A stretch of 64,000 bases of DNA from Laetmonice hystrix (taxonomy: Eukaryota). Below, one piece after another: positions 1 through 13,892 of this stretch. The first letter of the stretch is position 1. Each line of letters starts with the position of its first letter. A model generated the notes under the pieces. That model was not told the origin of the DNA. It ran no database searches and worked only from the letters and a program-made list of their open reading frames with translations. The DNA is taken from contig OZ249445.1 of NCBI GenBank assembly GCA_965235115.1, forward strand, positions 26,102,001 through 26,166,000, given 5' to 3'. A program made the position numbers and the translations under genes.

Positions 1-289
1 TTTCGGCTTCCACGGAAACCGTTAGAATATAGAGGTGAAATAGCGGATATTTTCTTAACGTCTAGGTTAGCATTATAACCTAGACATTAACACCAACTAA
101 AAATTACATAATTATCCTGCGTGTGAAAGGAAAATTTGATCTTGAAAAAAAAAGCAATTTTCTTTTTTTAAAGCTATGGATTGATTCGTTCGGAGTATAA
201 TTAAAGGGTGTTTATTTAGACAGCTGTCGGACCTGATTCTATCAGATGTCCTGCCTATATAAGTGGCATATTTATATGTATGTGTATGG

Positions 290-450
290 GGAGAGGGGGA
301 GAAAGAGGAATCTGGAAGGAGAAAAGGCGGGGAAAGAATTTATAAAATGAGCAAGAAAAAAAAACAAGGAAAAAAGGAGAAGGAAAACCCGATACCATGA
401 GGTAATATGAGAAAAGAAAATTTATGTGAGAATCAGAGGAATGGAGAAAA
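290..450. repeat. Purine-rich (GA/A) low-complexity tract
   Basis: Top strand is almost entirely A/G (e.g. gaaaaaggagaaggaaaa); no periodic unit. Confidence 0.7.
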
Positions 451-2056
451 AAAATAATGTGGAATGATTCACATTAGGAAAGGTGGCGGGGACGCGGAAA
501 CATTGGGGGATGAGTTGAAACACAGAAACAAGTGAGAGACAGACGTGAGAGAAAGTTGGCAACCAAGGTTTAAATTATATGAATATTTCAGCGCATGTAC
601 TCGACCCTATCACCCCTATCTAATGTAGAAATATTTTCGTGTCACATTCTGATTGGTGGCATCAGTCAGCATCTTATTGCCTTCCGTCCTGAAGTAGGTG
701 CTCTGGTTCAGTGGCAATATGACTTATTAGGCATGACTTGTACAGTATTCATATTCCGAAAACAGAACCACCAACCACCCTCCCCCACCAACCAATTGTA
801 ATCGCATCAATTTCCGATCCTTTTCTCAAAAAGCCACAGCGTCCCTCAGGGACGAGGCAAGAAGTCAATGGCCAGCTTGACAACGAAGGGGGGCATTTGT
901 AATTTGTCAGTGTATGCATCTGGATATATACCCTCTAACAATGCCGCGTTTATATCATGGCGGGTGACATTATAGATATAAAATATCTTGAAAACAGATG
1001 TTTCAGTGAATCTGTTGGGCCGATGACCGTTTTGGCGGCTAAAGATCTATACTATGTCCACATGACTGAGTGATGGAGTCTCCACCGCTACTAATGGTCG
1101 CCCTCTAGGGCAAGCCTCGTTTTGACACCATGGGTTGATTACCCCCAGCAGACGATCGCTGCCGTCGGGGTGTAGTTCGGACGGAGCGGAGGGATACGGT
1201 GAGGAGGTGATGCGGTCGGCGCAAGGGGACACTTAGACTGATTTACTGACTTGACGTAGTGATTGCGGCCACGTGCGCGTCATTTTCAAGGCATGCCGGG
1301 AACAGCCAGGCATGACCAACCGATCATTCCATGATTGAAGGACACCGACGATGACTTATTGATTTTACGACACTGAAATGTAACATGCTGCCGGAAAACA
1401 TTACACTTCCGGTTTACACGAGATTGAGGCTATGAGACAGTGCATAAATCTGGTGTAAAAAACTAAAATTGTGATTCTTAAACTATTCGATCTCAGGACA
1501 GCCCACCTAACGCCATGCCCGAATTGGCCGCGTCACTTGCCATTTACAAACCGCCGTTCTCTAGGATATCGCATTGGAAGGGGGTTGAGTGAGTTCTAAC
1601 ACTAACTCTCTTCGCTTTTCATTTAGCCGCAGTGTCTGATATTGGCGTCAATATAATCACATGATAGAACATGGATGTTAATGGTTTGACTATTAACCAA
1701 CGTTTTGTATAGAGCGATCCCCAGTGTCAATACAATTGTTGCTGGCCCACCTTCAAGATCTATCCAGAATATCAGTATACTGATATATCTAATATATCTA
1801 TTAGATATATCTAAGAGAAAGTTAGAATGAGCTTTACAGTCTCATTCCCCCGGTATAGTTTAGTCGCAGCGATCATTCTGCCAGTCACGACAATCGCGTG
1901 TTGGATCTCTATGTGATGGCATGTCGGATTCGGTGTGTGACGGGTGTGGACGTCGGTGGGAGTATCAGTGTCGGAATCTGTCGGCATGTCAGATCAAACA
2001 CTGAGTGGGGGTCACACAGGACGCTGTGGGACGTCGTATTCACAGCGGCGCTGAGT

Positions 2057-4268
2057 GAGGACAGACTGAGGTCTGACAGAGGACGGATCGTGATCTGAGC
2101 ACAGACTGAGGTCTGGCAGAGGACAGATCGTGATCTGAGGACAGACTGAGGTCCGACAGAGGACAGATCGTGATCTGAGCACAGACTGAGGTCTGACAGA
2201 GGACAGATTGTGATCTTGGGACAGACTGAGGTCTGACAGAGGACAGATCGTGATCTGAGGACAGACTGAGGTCTGACAGAGGACAGATCGTGATCTGAGC
2301 ACAGACTGAGGTCTGACAGAGGACAGATTGTGATCTTGGGACAGACTGAGGTCTGACAGAGGACAGATCGTGATCTGAGGACAGACTGAGGTCTGACAGA
2401 GGACAGATCGTGATCTGAGGACAGACTGAGGTCCGACAGAGGACAGATCTGAGGACAGACTGAGGTCTGACAGAGGACAGATCGTGATCTGAGGACAGAC
2501 AGAGGACAGATCGTGATCTGAGGACAGACTGAGGTCTGACAGAGGACAGATCGTGATCAGAGCACAGACTGAGGTCTGACAGAGGACAGATCGTGATCTG
2601 AGGACAGACTGAGGTCTGACAGAGGACAGATCGTGATCTGAGGACAGACTGAGGTCTGACAGAGGACAGATCGTGATCTGAGGACAGACTGAGGTCTGAC
2701 AGAGGACAGATCTGAGGACAGACTGAGGTCTGACAGAGGACAGATCGTGATCTGAGGACAGACAGAGGACAGATCGTGATCTGAGGACAGACTGAGGTCT
2801 GACAGAGGACAGATCGTGATCTGAGGACAGACTGAGGTCTGACAGAGGACAGATCTGAGGACAGACTGAGGTCTGACAGAGGACAGATCGTGATCTGAGG
2901 ACAGACAGAGGACAGATCGTGATCTGAGGACAGACTGAGGTCTGACAGAGGACAGATCATGATCTGAGAACAGACTGAGGTCTGACAGAGGACAGATCGT
3001 GATCTGAGGACAGACTGAGGTCCGACAGAGGACAGATCTGAGGACAGACTGAGGTCTGACAGAGGACAGATCGTGATCTGAGGACAGACTGAGGTCTGAC
3101 AGAGGACAGATCGTGATCTGAGGACAGACTGAGGTCTGACAGAGGACAGATCATGATCTGAGAACAGACTGAGGTCTGACAGAGGACAGATCGTGATCTG
3201 AGGACAGACTGAGGTCCGACAGAGGACAGATCTGAGGACAGACTGAGGTCTGACAGAGGACAGATCGTGATCTGAGGACAGACTGAGGTCTGACAGAGGA
3301 CAGATCGTGATCTGAGGACAGACTGAGGTCTGACAGAGGACAGATCTGAGGACAGACTGAGGTCTGACAGAGGACAGATCGTGATCTGAGGACAGACTGA
3401 GGTCTGACAGAGGACAGATCGTGATCTGAGGACAGACTGAGGTCTGACAGAGGACAGATCGTGATCTGAGAACAGACTGAGGTCTGACAGAGGACAGATC
3501 GTGATCTGAGGACAGACTGAGGTCCGACAGAGGACAGATCTGAGGACAGACTGAGGTCTGACAGAGGACAGATCGTGATCTGAGGACAGACTGAGGTCCG
3601 ACAGAGGACAGATCTGAGGACAGACTGAGGTCTGACAGAGGACAGATCGTGATCTGAGGACAGACAGAGGACAGATCGTGATCTGAGGACAGACTGAGGT
3701 CTGACAGAGGACAGATCGTGATCTGAGGACAGACTGAGGTCTGACAGAGGACAGATCGTGATCTGAGGACAGACTGAGGTCCGACAGAGGACAGATCTGA
3801 GGACAGACTGAGGTCTGACAGAGGACAGATCGTGATCTGAGGCAAACTGAGGTCTGACAGAGGACAGATCGTGATCTGAGGACAGACTGAGGTCTGACAG
3901 AGGACAGATCTGAGGACAGACTGAGGTCTGACAGAGGACAGATCGTGATCTGAGGACAGACAGAGGACAGATCGTGATCTGAGGACAGACTGAGGTCTGA
4001 CAGAGGACAGATCGTGATCTGAGGACAGACTGAGGTCTGACAGAGGACAGATCGTGATCTGAGGACAGACTGAGGTCCGACAGAGGACAGATCGTGATCT
4101 GAGGACAGACAGAGGACAGATCGTGATCTGAGGACAGACTGAGGTCTGACAGAGGACAGATCGTGATCTGAGGACAGACTGAGGTCTGACAGAGGACAGA
4201 TCTGAGGACAGACTGAGGTCTGACAGAGGACAGATCATGATCTGGGGACAGACTGAGGTCTGACAGAG
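2057..4268. repeat. Minisatellite 1, 40-bp unit (with 34- and 29-bp deletion variants), roughly 58-60 units
   Basis: Unit GAGGACAGACTGAGGTCTGACAGAGGACAGATCGTGATCT read directly; degenerate copies continue to ~4345. The minus-strand unit has no stop triplet in any frame, which explains the 794-aa and 375-aa ORFs. Confidence 0.97.
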
Positions 4269-7159
4269 AAGAGACCATGAACTGACAGAGGACAGACCAT
4301 GAACTGACAGAGGGGACAGACTGAAGCCAGACAGACAGAACTGACGGAGAACAATGAGTACATTGGTAGGTTCACACTCTGTTGGCAAGATTCCAAGACC
4401 TAGGCCTCCAATAAAACAAAACATTATTTAATAATTTTGATTTACTTCTATGGAGTGTGTCCGGGGGGAGGACAGTTGAGGGTTAGCTAGCGGAGGGTGA
4501 GGGTAATAATGACACTTATTGTGCCTGGGGAGATTTCTCTAAGAAAGCCGGTAGGTGGGGTGGTTTTATTTATGGCCAGTGGTCAATAACGATAGTGATC
4601 CATTCTAGATCCGGGCCGTGTGAGGTGACGGGGATGGAAGCGAACTCCAAGTCACGTACTGGCAAACAATTGACCTGTATTGACAATATTTAGAGGGACC
4701 TAAAACACTTATAACGTAGGCTTCATCTTTACCTGTGGTAAAGGACATGCAAGGGATTCAGTCCCTTCCATGGTATTCCGTGGTAAGTTGTAGTAGTTTA
4801 GCTGATTGTCGAAGAAGCCTACATGCAATTTCTGACGGGCAGGTAATTTTAAAAGGGGAGGGGTTATTTGTAGTAAAGAGACTATTAGCCTACTGTTAAA
4901 CAAGCAAGAACCTTTTTTTTCAAAAATTGAGCGCAGGCATTTCGCTAACTCCAGGGCCCAATTGCATCCGTTTAGACTCGGGAATTCCGCGGGATAGGAC
5001 GTCAGGGAGGATTTCCAAATCATTTCAGTAGCACAAACCAGAGCCGAACAAAGTACTTAGAGAAAGAGGACACCGCCTCGACAGTCTACAGGGTCCTGAA
5101 AGTATTTGTCTATTAAAGTCGGCGGGCGGAGGTTGCCAATATCCTGACCGTCGTGTTAGGTAATTCTGGGGTGAAAGGGGTGGGGGCTGGGGGTGAAAGG
5201 GGTGGGGGCTGGGGGTGGGGGCGACCTTGAGACGATGGAGCGGGTCGGCTATCACTAGTCAATGTACTGGCTTCTCGAGCCAGGTTATCTAAGGGTGGTG
5301 GACGTGCAGATCCTCCAGTTAAATCCCAGGTCGGTGTGTCCTCATGGTCGGCCATCCATCACCGTACGGGATATTGGACGTCATCGGGGAGCAGGGAGGG
5401 GGAGGGAGGGAGGGAGGGAGAGGTAGGCCTATGTTATAATATGGACACTCAGGAGATGCACCGCGAGAGGGCGCTACATTCAATTGAAGCGTTCATTCAA
5501 GGCCGAGTGCGCATGTCTGACAGCCGTAATGGCGGATGGACCGTTGGGAGATTTTGGAAGTCCTTCCAGTACCTGCAGTTAGTGACCCAGGGATGGGAGG
5601 GGGGAGGGGTTGGGGGGGGGGGAAGGGATTGTCGGAAAGGAAAGGAAAGGACGCCCTGCTCTAATGGCAGCGTGGGTATTATCAAGTGAATTGGGGGGTT
5701 AAAAAAACCTAATCGGTTTGGTAATGGATTCAAATGATTGGTATCACTACATCATCGTCATTGCTATCGGTATAGATCTTCTCACTCATCATCTAACATC
5801 ACCGTCATCATACTCATGATGCAGCATTAAAAACAACATCATTCTATGCACATCATGCTAAGATAATTTCCTAAATAACTCCTTACCTATCTCCAACATT
5901 ATAGTTTATTCTTAAACATTATGCTATCAACAAGGCATTAATATCAAGCTTATTATCATAATTTCTACATCTTATTTCGTCTTATTTCTGCAATATGTTC
6001 CATTTGGAGGACATGACAGATACCGACGCACGGACACTGACAGCGTTAGCCTACCTAATCCCTAAGACTAGAGAATAATTCATGAGTTGGGTGTGATCTC
6101 AACATAAGGGTAGGAGGGATGTTCGGAGTGGTAACAAGCGAACCGATCCAGTGATGGATGGATTGGGTCGACTCATACTTCAGCCTCGTTCTCATCCAGG
6201 TCGGAACGCCTCACGCAATGCGCGCTCGGTGTCTGCAGCGAATGTGTATATCCCGGACAAGGGGTGGAAAGGGTTAAGATAAGTTTTAGAAACGTTCTTG
6301 GAGGTGGTGAAAACGTTATTCAATTTACCCTTCGCGCTTGGTTAGTGTCTCACTGGTGACAATTGTACACTTACACAACAGTCTCGTTCAACATAAAAGC
6401 TAATAAAGAGGCGAAATGATAACGACAGAGAAAGATGTCGCTAATGGTGTTATCTTTTTGTCGTTGCATTATACGATGAACTGGGCTACCTTCCTATACT
6501 TACTGTAAGATACTGTGTGGAATATGAGACGTGACCTTGGCCCAGCATAAGGTCATGTTGAGGTTAAGTTAGGTAAGAGTAAACCATCATTATATAGGCT
6601 AGGACAAATCCCGTTCCCACTTCCTTTCGCTCGCCATATTAATTTCACGGCTCGCTCGCTCACATATAATTGATTATATTCAAGGAAACAGACGGCGAAA
6701 AAAAGTGAATTCTCATTTCCCCGTGTTCAAGTATGACATGAAATGAATGTATCTTAAATTGAATCTTAATTATTTTCTATTCAGAGCGCGAATGGAAGAT
6801 GGAAATATATTATCGGTGACGGCCTCGGCCAGGATCCCTATTGCCTCTAAGTATACTAGTTACTGGGTTTGCCACATAGCGCTACATCGAGTTTTGAGTA
6901 CATTGTGTATTGGTGATCAGCGCTAAAAAGGTAGAACAATATAATGTTCTGAACAATCGAAATTAAATGATACTGTAATTGGCTATTGGGTAGCTGGTGA
7001 TGTTAGTATTACGGTCTGTTTCGAGGTATAATGACACGTTGCAGAAAAACGTATAGAGGATGCTAAAAAAGTTCATGCTATACTGTCATACAGAATATAA
7101 CATTCCCTGACGAACATGTCACATAACCATGATATACTTCAGGTATGGTCAAGGTAGAA

Positions 7160-7350
7160 ATAAAGAAAACACGAAACAACGAACGAAAGAAATAATTAAA
7201 GAATAGTAACAAATAAACTAGGAAAGGAGCAACGAAAACAAACGGAAGGGAGAAAGAAAGACAACACATAGCAACGCAGAAAGGACAACAAAACAACGAG
7301 AGAAACAACGAAATAATGAAAGGAGCAACGAAAAATTGAAAGGAGCAATG
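7160..7350. repeat. A-rich low-complexity tract (AAC/AAG-like motifs)
   Basis: Degenerate gaaacaacgaa / gaaaggagcaacgaaa motifs with almost no T on the top strand. Confidence 0.65.
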
Positions 7351-8852
7351 AAAGATCTATATCTATCTCTATCAATGCCGGTCTATACACTTTTTTCTAA
7401 AATAGCCATGGATAGTTCATCGACTCGCTGTGCGAGGGGACAACCATGAAAAGTGCCACTGCCGATCGGATGGATTCCTATAACCCATTGAAGCGAAGAA
7501 TAAAATTCCACTTGGCAGGCAATCTAGCGAGACATTAACTCAGTTTGAACACCGGTGTCTAGTCCCGATCTGAACAACGATCCGTAAACTTTGCCACATG
7601 CACTATGGGTAGGACATCTATTTAAAGATATTCCAACATTTTTTGGTCATGAGTGGCGGAAAAAGTCTTTTTTGGAACAAATGCTTGATGCAAACAGCAT
7701 CCTATTGCAAGGCGTTTATTAAGGAGGCTCCCCTCTGAAGGCCGTCTGGACGCCAGAGGTGCTCGTATACCTATTATAGGACTGTCCCTTTCCTTGAGAC
7801 GGAAAACTTTGCCAGGGCGACCAGGGCGAGCCGAGCGTTATTGGCTTATTCTGTCGTGAGCATTGGAGCGTGTGGTCGTACGGACGCTGGATAGAGTCAG
7901 GGCTGACGTGAATTATATTGGGGAGTTATGTAGAGTTATACTGTGTCGACCAGACAAGAGGGGCTGGGGGAGGAGGGTTGGGTCCATCTCAGCCAGAGCC
8001 AGATTAGCGTCACATGTGTGTAAGGCTGGCTATATCCTATAGGTTGTCGGGAGGGAGTGTGGTGTTCTCGCGTATACCTGGTTCCTCTTCCTTTGTTGTA
8101 TTTATTGCCGGATTGGTGGCTGCTTGCCGGCCTGACTCGGGTTCCCTCATCCATCATTTGGCCACATCAAAAGCCCTTGCACTGATGACGCTACGTAACG
8201 TCAAGTCAGATCATTTATCGCTTGGATCCAAACTACAGCCAGTGTCTTCCCCCCTCCCTCCCTCGCGCCCCCTCATAAACTTAATAAGTGCCGTAATGCG
8301 CAGGCGCCATGCCCTTTCCGAGGTAAGGAATGAGTGACACTCATGAGGCAGACGAGCTGAGGTAGTTAATTAGCATGCGCTTAATGGCCCTATTATACAT
8401 GAACGAAGGAAATGCCAGAGCGAGAGAGACGCCCTTAATTAACGTATGCTGTGAGTTTTAACTCTACATTTAGGGATATAACCTCCCGATGTCGTATGTG
8501 GCTGTCTGGAATATATATATATATATACACATCACTTCGGCACCAGACAAGATCTGATTGACACGTACAGCTGGCCTAATTACCAAACTCTCAGAAGGCA
8601 GATATAAACACAGATTTGAAAGGACTTGACATTGACGGGCTATAGGATGGCCATGTCAAATTAGTTGCCCAACTTATGCATGGACAAATGAATGCCAAAA
8701 GTTAACGATGAAAGGGGGCACTTCCGATATGATTAAACTTCAATTAAACACGTTCAAAGGTATCGTACGTGAAGGCAGGAGCCTGAGGCAGTCTTTGAAT
8801 GACATTTCAAACAAATTATAACATCACTAAGGCTGATAATGATATACAAAGA

Positions 8853-9832
8853 CCTGGCGCTGATAGCGGGAACGTCTGGTGTCCCATCACAGCACCTGGT
8901 GCTGATAGCGGGGACGTCTGGTGTCCCATCACAGCACCTGGTGCTGATAGCGGGAACGTCTGGTGTCCCATCACAGCACCTGGTGCTGAGAGCGGGAACG
9001 TCTGGTGTCCCATCACAGCACCTGGTGCTGAGAGCGGGAACGTCTGGTGTCCCATCACAGCACCTGGTGCTGAGAGCGGGAACGTCTGGTGTCCCATCAC
9101 AGCACCTGGTGCTGAGAGCGGGAACGTCTGGTGTCCCATCACAGCACCTGGTGCTGATAGCGGGAACGTCTGGTGTCCCATCACAGCACCTGGTGCTGAT
9201 AGCGGGAACGTCTGGTGTCCCATCACAGCACCTGGTGCTGATAGCGGGGACGTCTGGTGTCCCATCACAGCACCTGGTGCTGAGAGCGGGAACGTCTGGT
9301 GTCCCATCACAGCACCTGGTGCTGAGAGCGGGAACGTCTGGTGTCCCATCACAGCACCTGGTGCTGATAGCGGGAACGTCTGGTGTCCCATCACAGCACC
9401 TGGTGCTGATAGCGGGAACGTCTGGTGTCCCATCACAGCACCTGGTGCTGATAGCGGGGACGTCTGGTGTCCCATCACAGCACCTGGTGCTGATAGCGGG
9501 AACGTCTGGTGTCCCATCACAGCACCTGGTGCTGATAGCGGGGACGTCTGGTGTCCCATCACAGCACCTGGTGCTGATAGCGGGAACGTCTGGTGTCCCA
9601 TCACAGCACCTGGTGCTGATAGCGGGGACGTCTGGTGTCCCATCACAGCACCTGGCGCTGATAGCGGGGACGTCTGGTGTCCCATCACAGCACCTGGTGC
9701 TGATAGCGGGAACGTCTGGTGTCCCATCACAGCACCTGGTGCTGAGAGCGGGAACGTCTGGTGTCCCATCACAGCACCTGGTGCTGATAGCGGGGACGTC
9801 TGGTGTCCCATCACAGCACCTGGTGCTGATAG
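8853..9832. repeat. Minisatellite 2, 42-bp unit, ~23.3 copies, no length variants; coding status unknown
   Basis: Unit CCTGGTGCTGATAGCGGGAACGTCTGGTGTCCCATCACAGCA. Only three substitution variants are seen. Four of six frames are open across the array. Confidence 0.97.
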
Positions 9833-9996
9833 TCAGGGTTGATGTCCTATCAACCGTTAGGTCATGGTGATAAAGTTCAACGATAGGGAACGGGTCGGCC
9901 GGCATTGACTGTCTTGTTCACAGGAGATGGCAGGTCATGGTGATGGCGAAAGTTGACGATTATACCTGACAATTTTTTTTCGGGAACTCCGCGGCC

Positions 9997-10032
<36 letters not shown>
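9997..10032. repeat. (TTGA)9 microsatellite
   Basis: Perfect tetranucleotide run. Confidence 0.95.
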
Positions 10033-10033
<1 letters not shown>

Positions 10034-10599
10034 ATGGTATAATATTACCAAAGTATGTTTGTACATTGTTTTAGTAGGGATGAGGAAGTTCTCACAGAGG
10101 AATTTATTTACATCCTGTGTATACATACAATCAGTTATACAAATAGGTCAACACAAGCGACAAACCGGAAACGATATGGTATGGGTAATATTCGAAAGGA
10201 AGCAGAGAAAAACAACAAAACAACAAATAAAACGAGTTAGATGAAAAGGACTAGAGAAAGTAATAGATAAATGATAAATGCCATTAAGTTATCATAAAGT
10301 TATCTCAAGATTAGATCTTACTTTCTTAAGTGGCGTTTAAAGGTATGAATTGATACAATTTTATTAAAAACGTTTTGCCCTTGGAAGAGCCTTGATGCAT
10401 TTGGAGGTCTTGCCCCATGGCAACTTATCAACAATTTTTATATTTATTTATTTATTTATTTGGGTGGCGGTATGTTACATCTCTTACTATCCTATCCTTA
10501 AACCCAACTCTACCTCCTGACCTCAGTCACCAGACCTTCCCAGAAAACGTATCCCTTCCCCAGCCCCTACCCCCAACCTCATGGGAATCTTACTATGGG

Positions 10600-11794
10600 G
10601 AATACCCGGAGTTACTCTGAATACAGACCTTGCAGTGCGAGCAGTGAAATACCCGGAGTTACTCTGGATACAGATCTTGCAGTGCGAGCAGTGAAACTCT
10701 GGATACAGACCTTGCAGTGCGAGCAAAGAAATACCCGGAGTTACTCTGGATACAGATCTTGCAGTGCGAGCAGTGAAACTCTGGATACAGACCTTGCAGT
10801 GCGAGCAAAGAAATACCCGGAGTTACTCTGGATACAGATCTTGCAGTGCGAGCAAAGAAATACCCGGAGTTACTCTGGATACAGACCTTGCAGTGCGAGC
10901 AGTGAAATACCCGGAGTTACTCTGGATACAGATCTTGCAGTGCGAGCATTGAAATACCCAGAGTTACTCTGAATACAGGCCTTGCAGTGCGAGCAAAGAA
11001 ATACCCGGAGTTACTCTGGATACAGACCTTGCAGTGCGAGCAATGAAATGCCTGGAGTTATTCTGGATACAGATCTCGCACTGCGAGCAGTGAAATACCC
11101 GGAGTTACTCTGGATACAGATCTCGCACTGCGAGCAATGAAATACCCGGTACTCTGGATACAGATCTTGCAGTGCAAGCAATGAAATACCCGGAGTTACT
11201 CTGGATACAGATCTTGCACTGCGAGCAGTGAAATACCCGGAGTTACTCTGGATACAGATCTTGCACCGCGAGCAGTGAAATACCTGCAGTTACTCTGGAT
11301 ACAGATCTTGCAGTGCAAGCAATGAAATACCCGGAGTTACTCTGGATACAGATCTTGCACCGCGAGCAGTGAAATACCTGCAGTTACTCTGGATACAGAT
11401 CTTGCAGTGCAAGCAATGAAATACCCGGAGTTACTCTGGATACAGATCTTGCACCGCGAGCAATGAAATACCCGGAGTTATTCTGGATACAGACCTTGCA
11501 GTGCGAGCAGTGAAATACCCGGAGTTACTCTGGATACAGATCTTGCCATGCGAGCAATGAAATACCCAGAGTTACTCTGGATACAGATATTGCAGTGCGA
11601 GCAGTGAAATACCCGGAGTTACTCTGGATACAGACCTTGCAGTGCGAGCAAAGAAATACCCGGAGTTACTCTGGATACAGATCTTGCAGTGCGAGCAAAG
11701 AAATACCCGGAGTTACTCTGGATACAGACCTTGCAGTGCGAGCAGTGAAATACCCGGAGTTACTCTGGATACAGATCTTGCAGTGCGAGCAATG
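10600..11794. repeat. Minisatellite 3, 47-bp unit (48- and 35-bp variants), ~26 units
   Basis: Unit GAAATACCCGGAGTTACTCTGGATACAGATCTTGCAGTGCGAGCAGT read directly. Confidence 0.96.
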
Positions 11795-13737
11795 CTCCCA
11801 CGATGGATTGAGCCCAGGATTGAAAGCCCCCACCGGGTGAAATGCAACGGCAGAATTTGCCTGCCGAGCCGTATAATCGATCCGGCAAAGTACATCTCTT
11901 GAGTTAACTGAAAGGTTGAGTGGGCCACACTACTGACTGCTCGGCTAGAGACAAACATTATCGTTTTAAAAGCCACATTTCCTCCAGTGTACCAGCTTCA
12001 CTGACTCTTACATTCTCCCTTCATGCACTTGTATTCATGTGTGGCGGGTTTTATAGCTATGTGGCACACACGTGTGGACGGTGGGAATATTGCCTAAATC
12101 TCGATATATCGTTCAAGATTTATAGGTGCTTCGCGTATTGTTTTTATAATTACAATTATTTAAAGAGGCGCAAGAAGGTACGTATCATCAAGTATTCCAA
12201 AAAGTAACATCAGTAGTTGCCCCAAACTCGAGAAAGACACATGCTGGCACCTTCCAATTCGGTCCGAATTGGTGAAAGTTTACACAAACATAGCCATTGC
12301 AGTCATATACACCTATTTTGTGCACATTGCTAGCATATTCACAAATATAAGGGCTGGGATTGAGACTTTAGTTTGTGTGTTACAACCAAATGATCATTCA
12401 TATATATAAGAGGTGTTTAACCTTCTCTTGCCAAGAATATTGTCTCTGGCGACCCAGCCAAATGTTACCACTGCAAGACCGTCTTTGATCGCCGGTCAAA
12501 AGAACTCGGAAATATTCTGTAAGGGCCGGGCTAGCATTGTATCTATTAAAACATATAGATTATCGAAATAAATACAAGCTCTTAAAACTCTGTTGTATTT
12601 AATCTGAAAGCCATAGTCATCCTTTGGGTTGAATATTAGATTAGACTCCTCAAGGATCTGGAAGATAACGTAGTTAATGTTACAGTTTTACTCTCCATTT
12701 TTAATGCGGATGCCATTGATATTGTTCCAATATTGCACTGTAAAATGTGCCAGTACATTGAAGGTACGAGTGACAGGTACCATTGGCGGGGTGCGACTGG
12801 CTACGCCTAACAACGCAACAGACACAATGGACAAATAAGTCAACAGAGCTAGAAAAAAAATAATAAAAAAAACTGGCCTGAAATAAATAGCTACGATTGT
12901 CCTGAGATGGAATCAAGCTATCAAGCTGCAATCGCCGCATTGATCATCGCGTGGCGGACGCCTTGTTCTAATAAAAGGCAATTGACGGAATGAAATCGAA
13001 GTGCTTTATGGCAATGCAGATAGAAGCCGGTTTTTTTTCTATCGTCCCAGCGAAATTCCTTCCGTATTTTGCAAACCAGATGTTGTATTTGTAGCGCAGG
13101 CCCCACATTTTATATTGAATAGAAGACTCTGACATGTTCAGCATCCAGACCATTTACAACAAACAGCTCCTGTACTACAGGAGAATCTGATTCAATCCAG
13201 TGACAGTGAAAATATGTCTTCGGACATGTAACAACGGAGATTTTCTTTTACAGAGTTTACGGACGCATCCGTCACGCATTGATAGACTCCACTACGGACG
13301 TCTTGTCGGCAATGATGGCATTTCTAAACGTTATTCCCACGTTTTGTCTCTGTTATAAATACCCCGTCCCAGCGGAAAGCTCTGCTGTTGACTGATACAG
13401 AATGGGGCGAAATCCCGCTTGGCAACCTACCCCCTGTCTACTACCCCAAACACTTACCGGGACCGGCTAGATCCAGTGGCGTGGGAAAAAAACGATCGGT
13501 ATAATTACGTTGGATAAACTGGTCGGTTTGTACGGTGAGGGAAGACATGGGTTTGAATGTGACCGAGTGTGTCTCCGTTATATAAATCGGAAACATGGTT
13601 GTTGGCTGACTGGCCTGATTGTAGGGAGACACTAATTGTGGCGAGTATGTCTTGACGCTAGATTAACGGAGATCTCCACCATCGAATAAATCAGGCTGCT
13701 CAAAAGAAATCAGGTATGCCCCCCTCCGCTATTCCAG

Positions 13738-13892
13738 GGCCCATTTTTAAATCAGTATTTCAGACTTAAGACTGAAACTTCTGTCTGTCTTAATGTTTTT
13801 GATTAGTTCTTCCAGCTGTCCAGCCAATCGGATGCTAAACACAAATTTTCAGTATAAATCTTAAGACTGGATTTTGATTTAAAAACCGGGCC
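13738..13892. mobile_element. 155-bp MITE, PIF/Harbinger-like (3-bp CAG target duplication)
   Basis: CAG|GGCCCATTTTTAAATCA...TGATTTAAAAACCGGGCC|CAG. Imperfect terminal inverted repeats extend to cag.cttaaga on both sides, with CAG at 13735-13737 and 13893-13895. The superfamily is inferred from the GG(C)CC termini and 3-bp TSD. Confidence 0.75.

Noticed and set aside
2040-4424. 794-aa and 375-aa Ser/Leu/Cys-rich ORFs
   Set aside because: Artefact. The minus-strand 40-bp unit has no stop triplet in any frame, and non-triplet unit lengths shuffle frames freely.
10523-11976. Several ORFs over array 3
   Set aside because: Translations of a 47-bp non-triplet repeat with constant frame switching.
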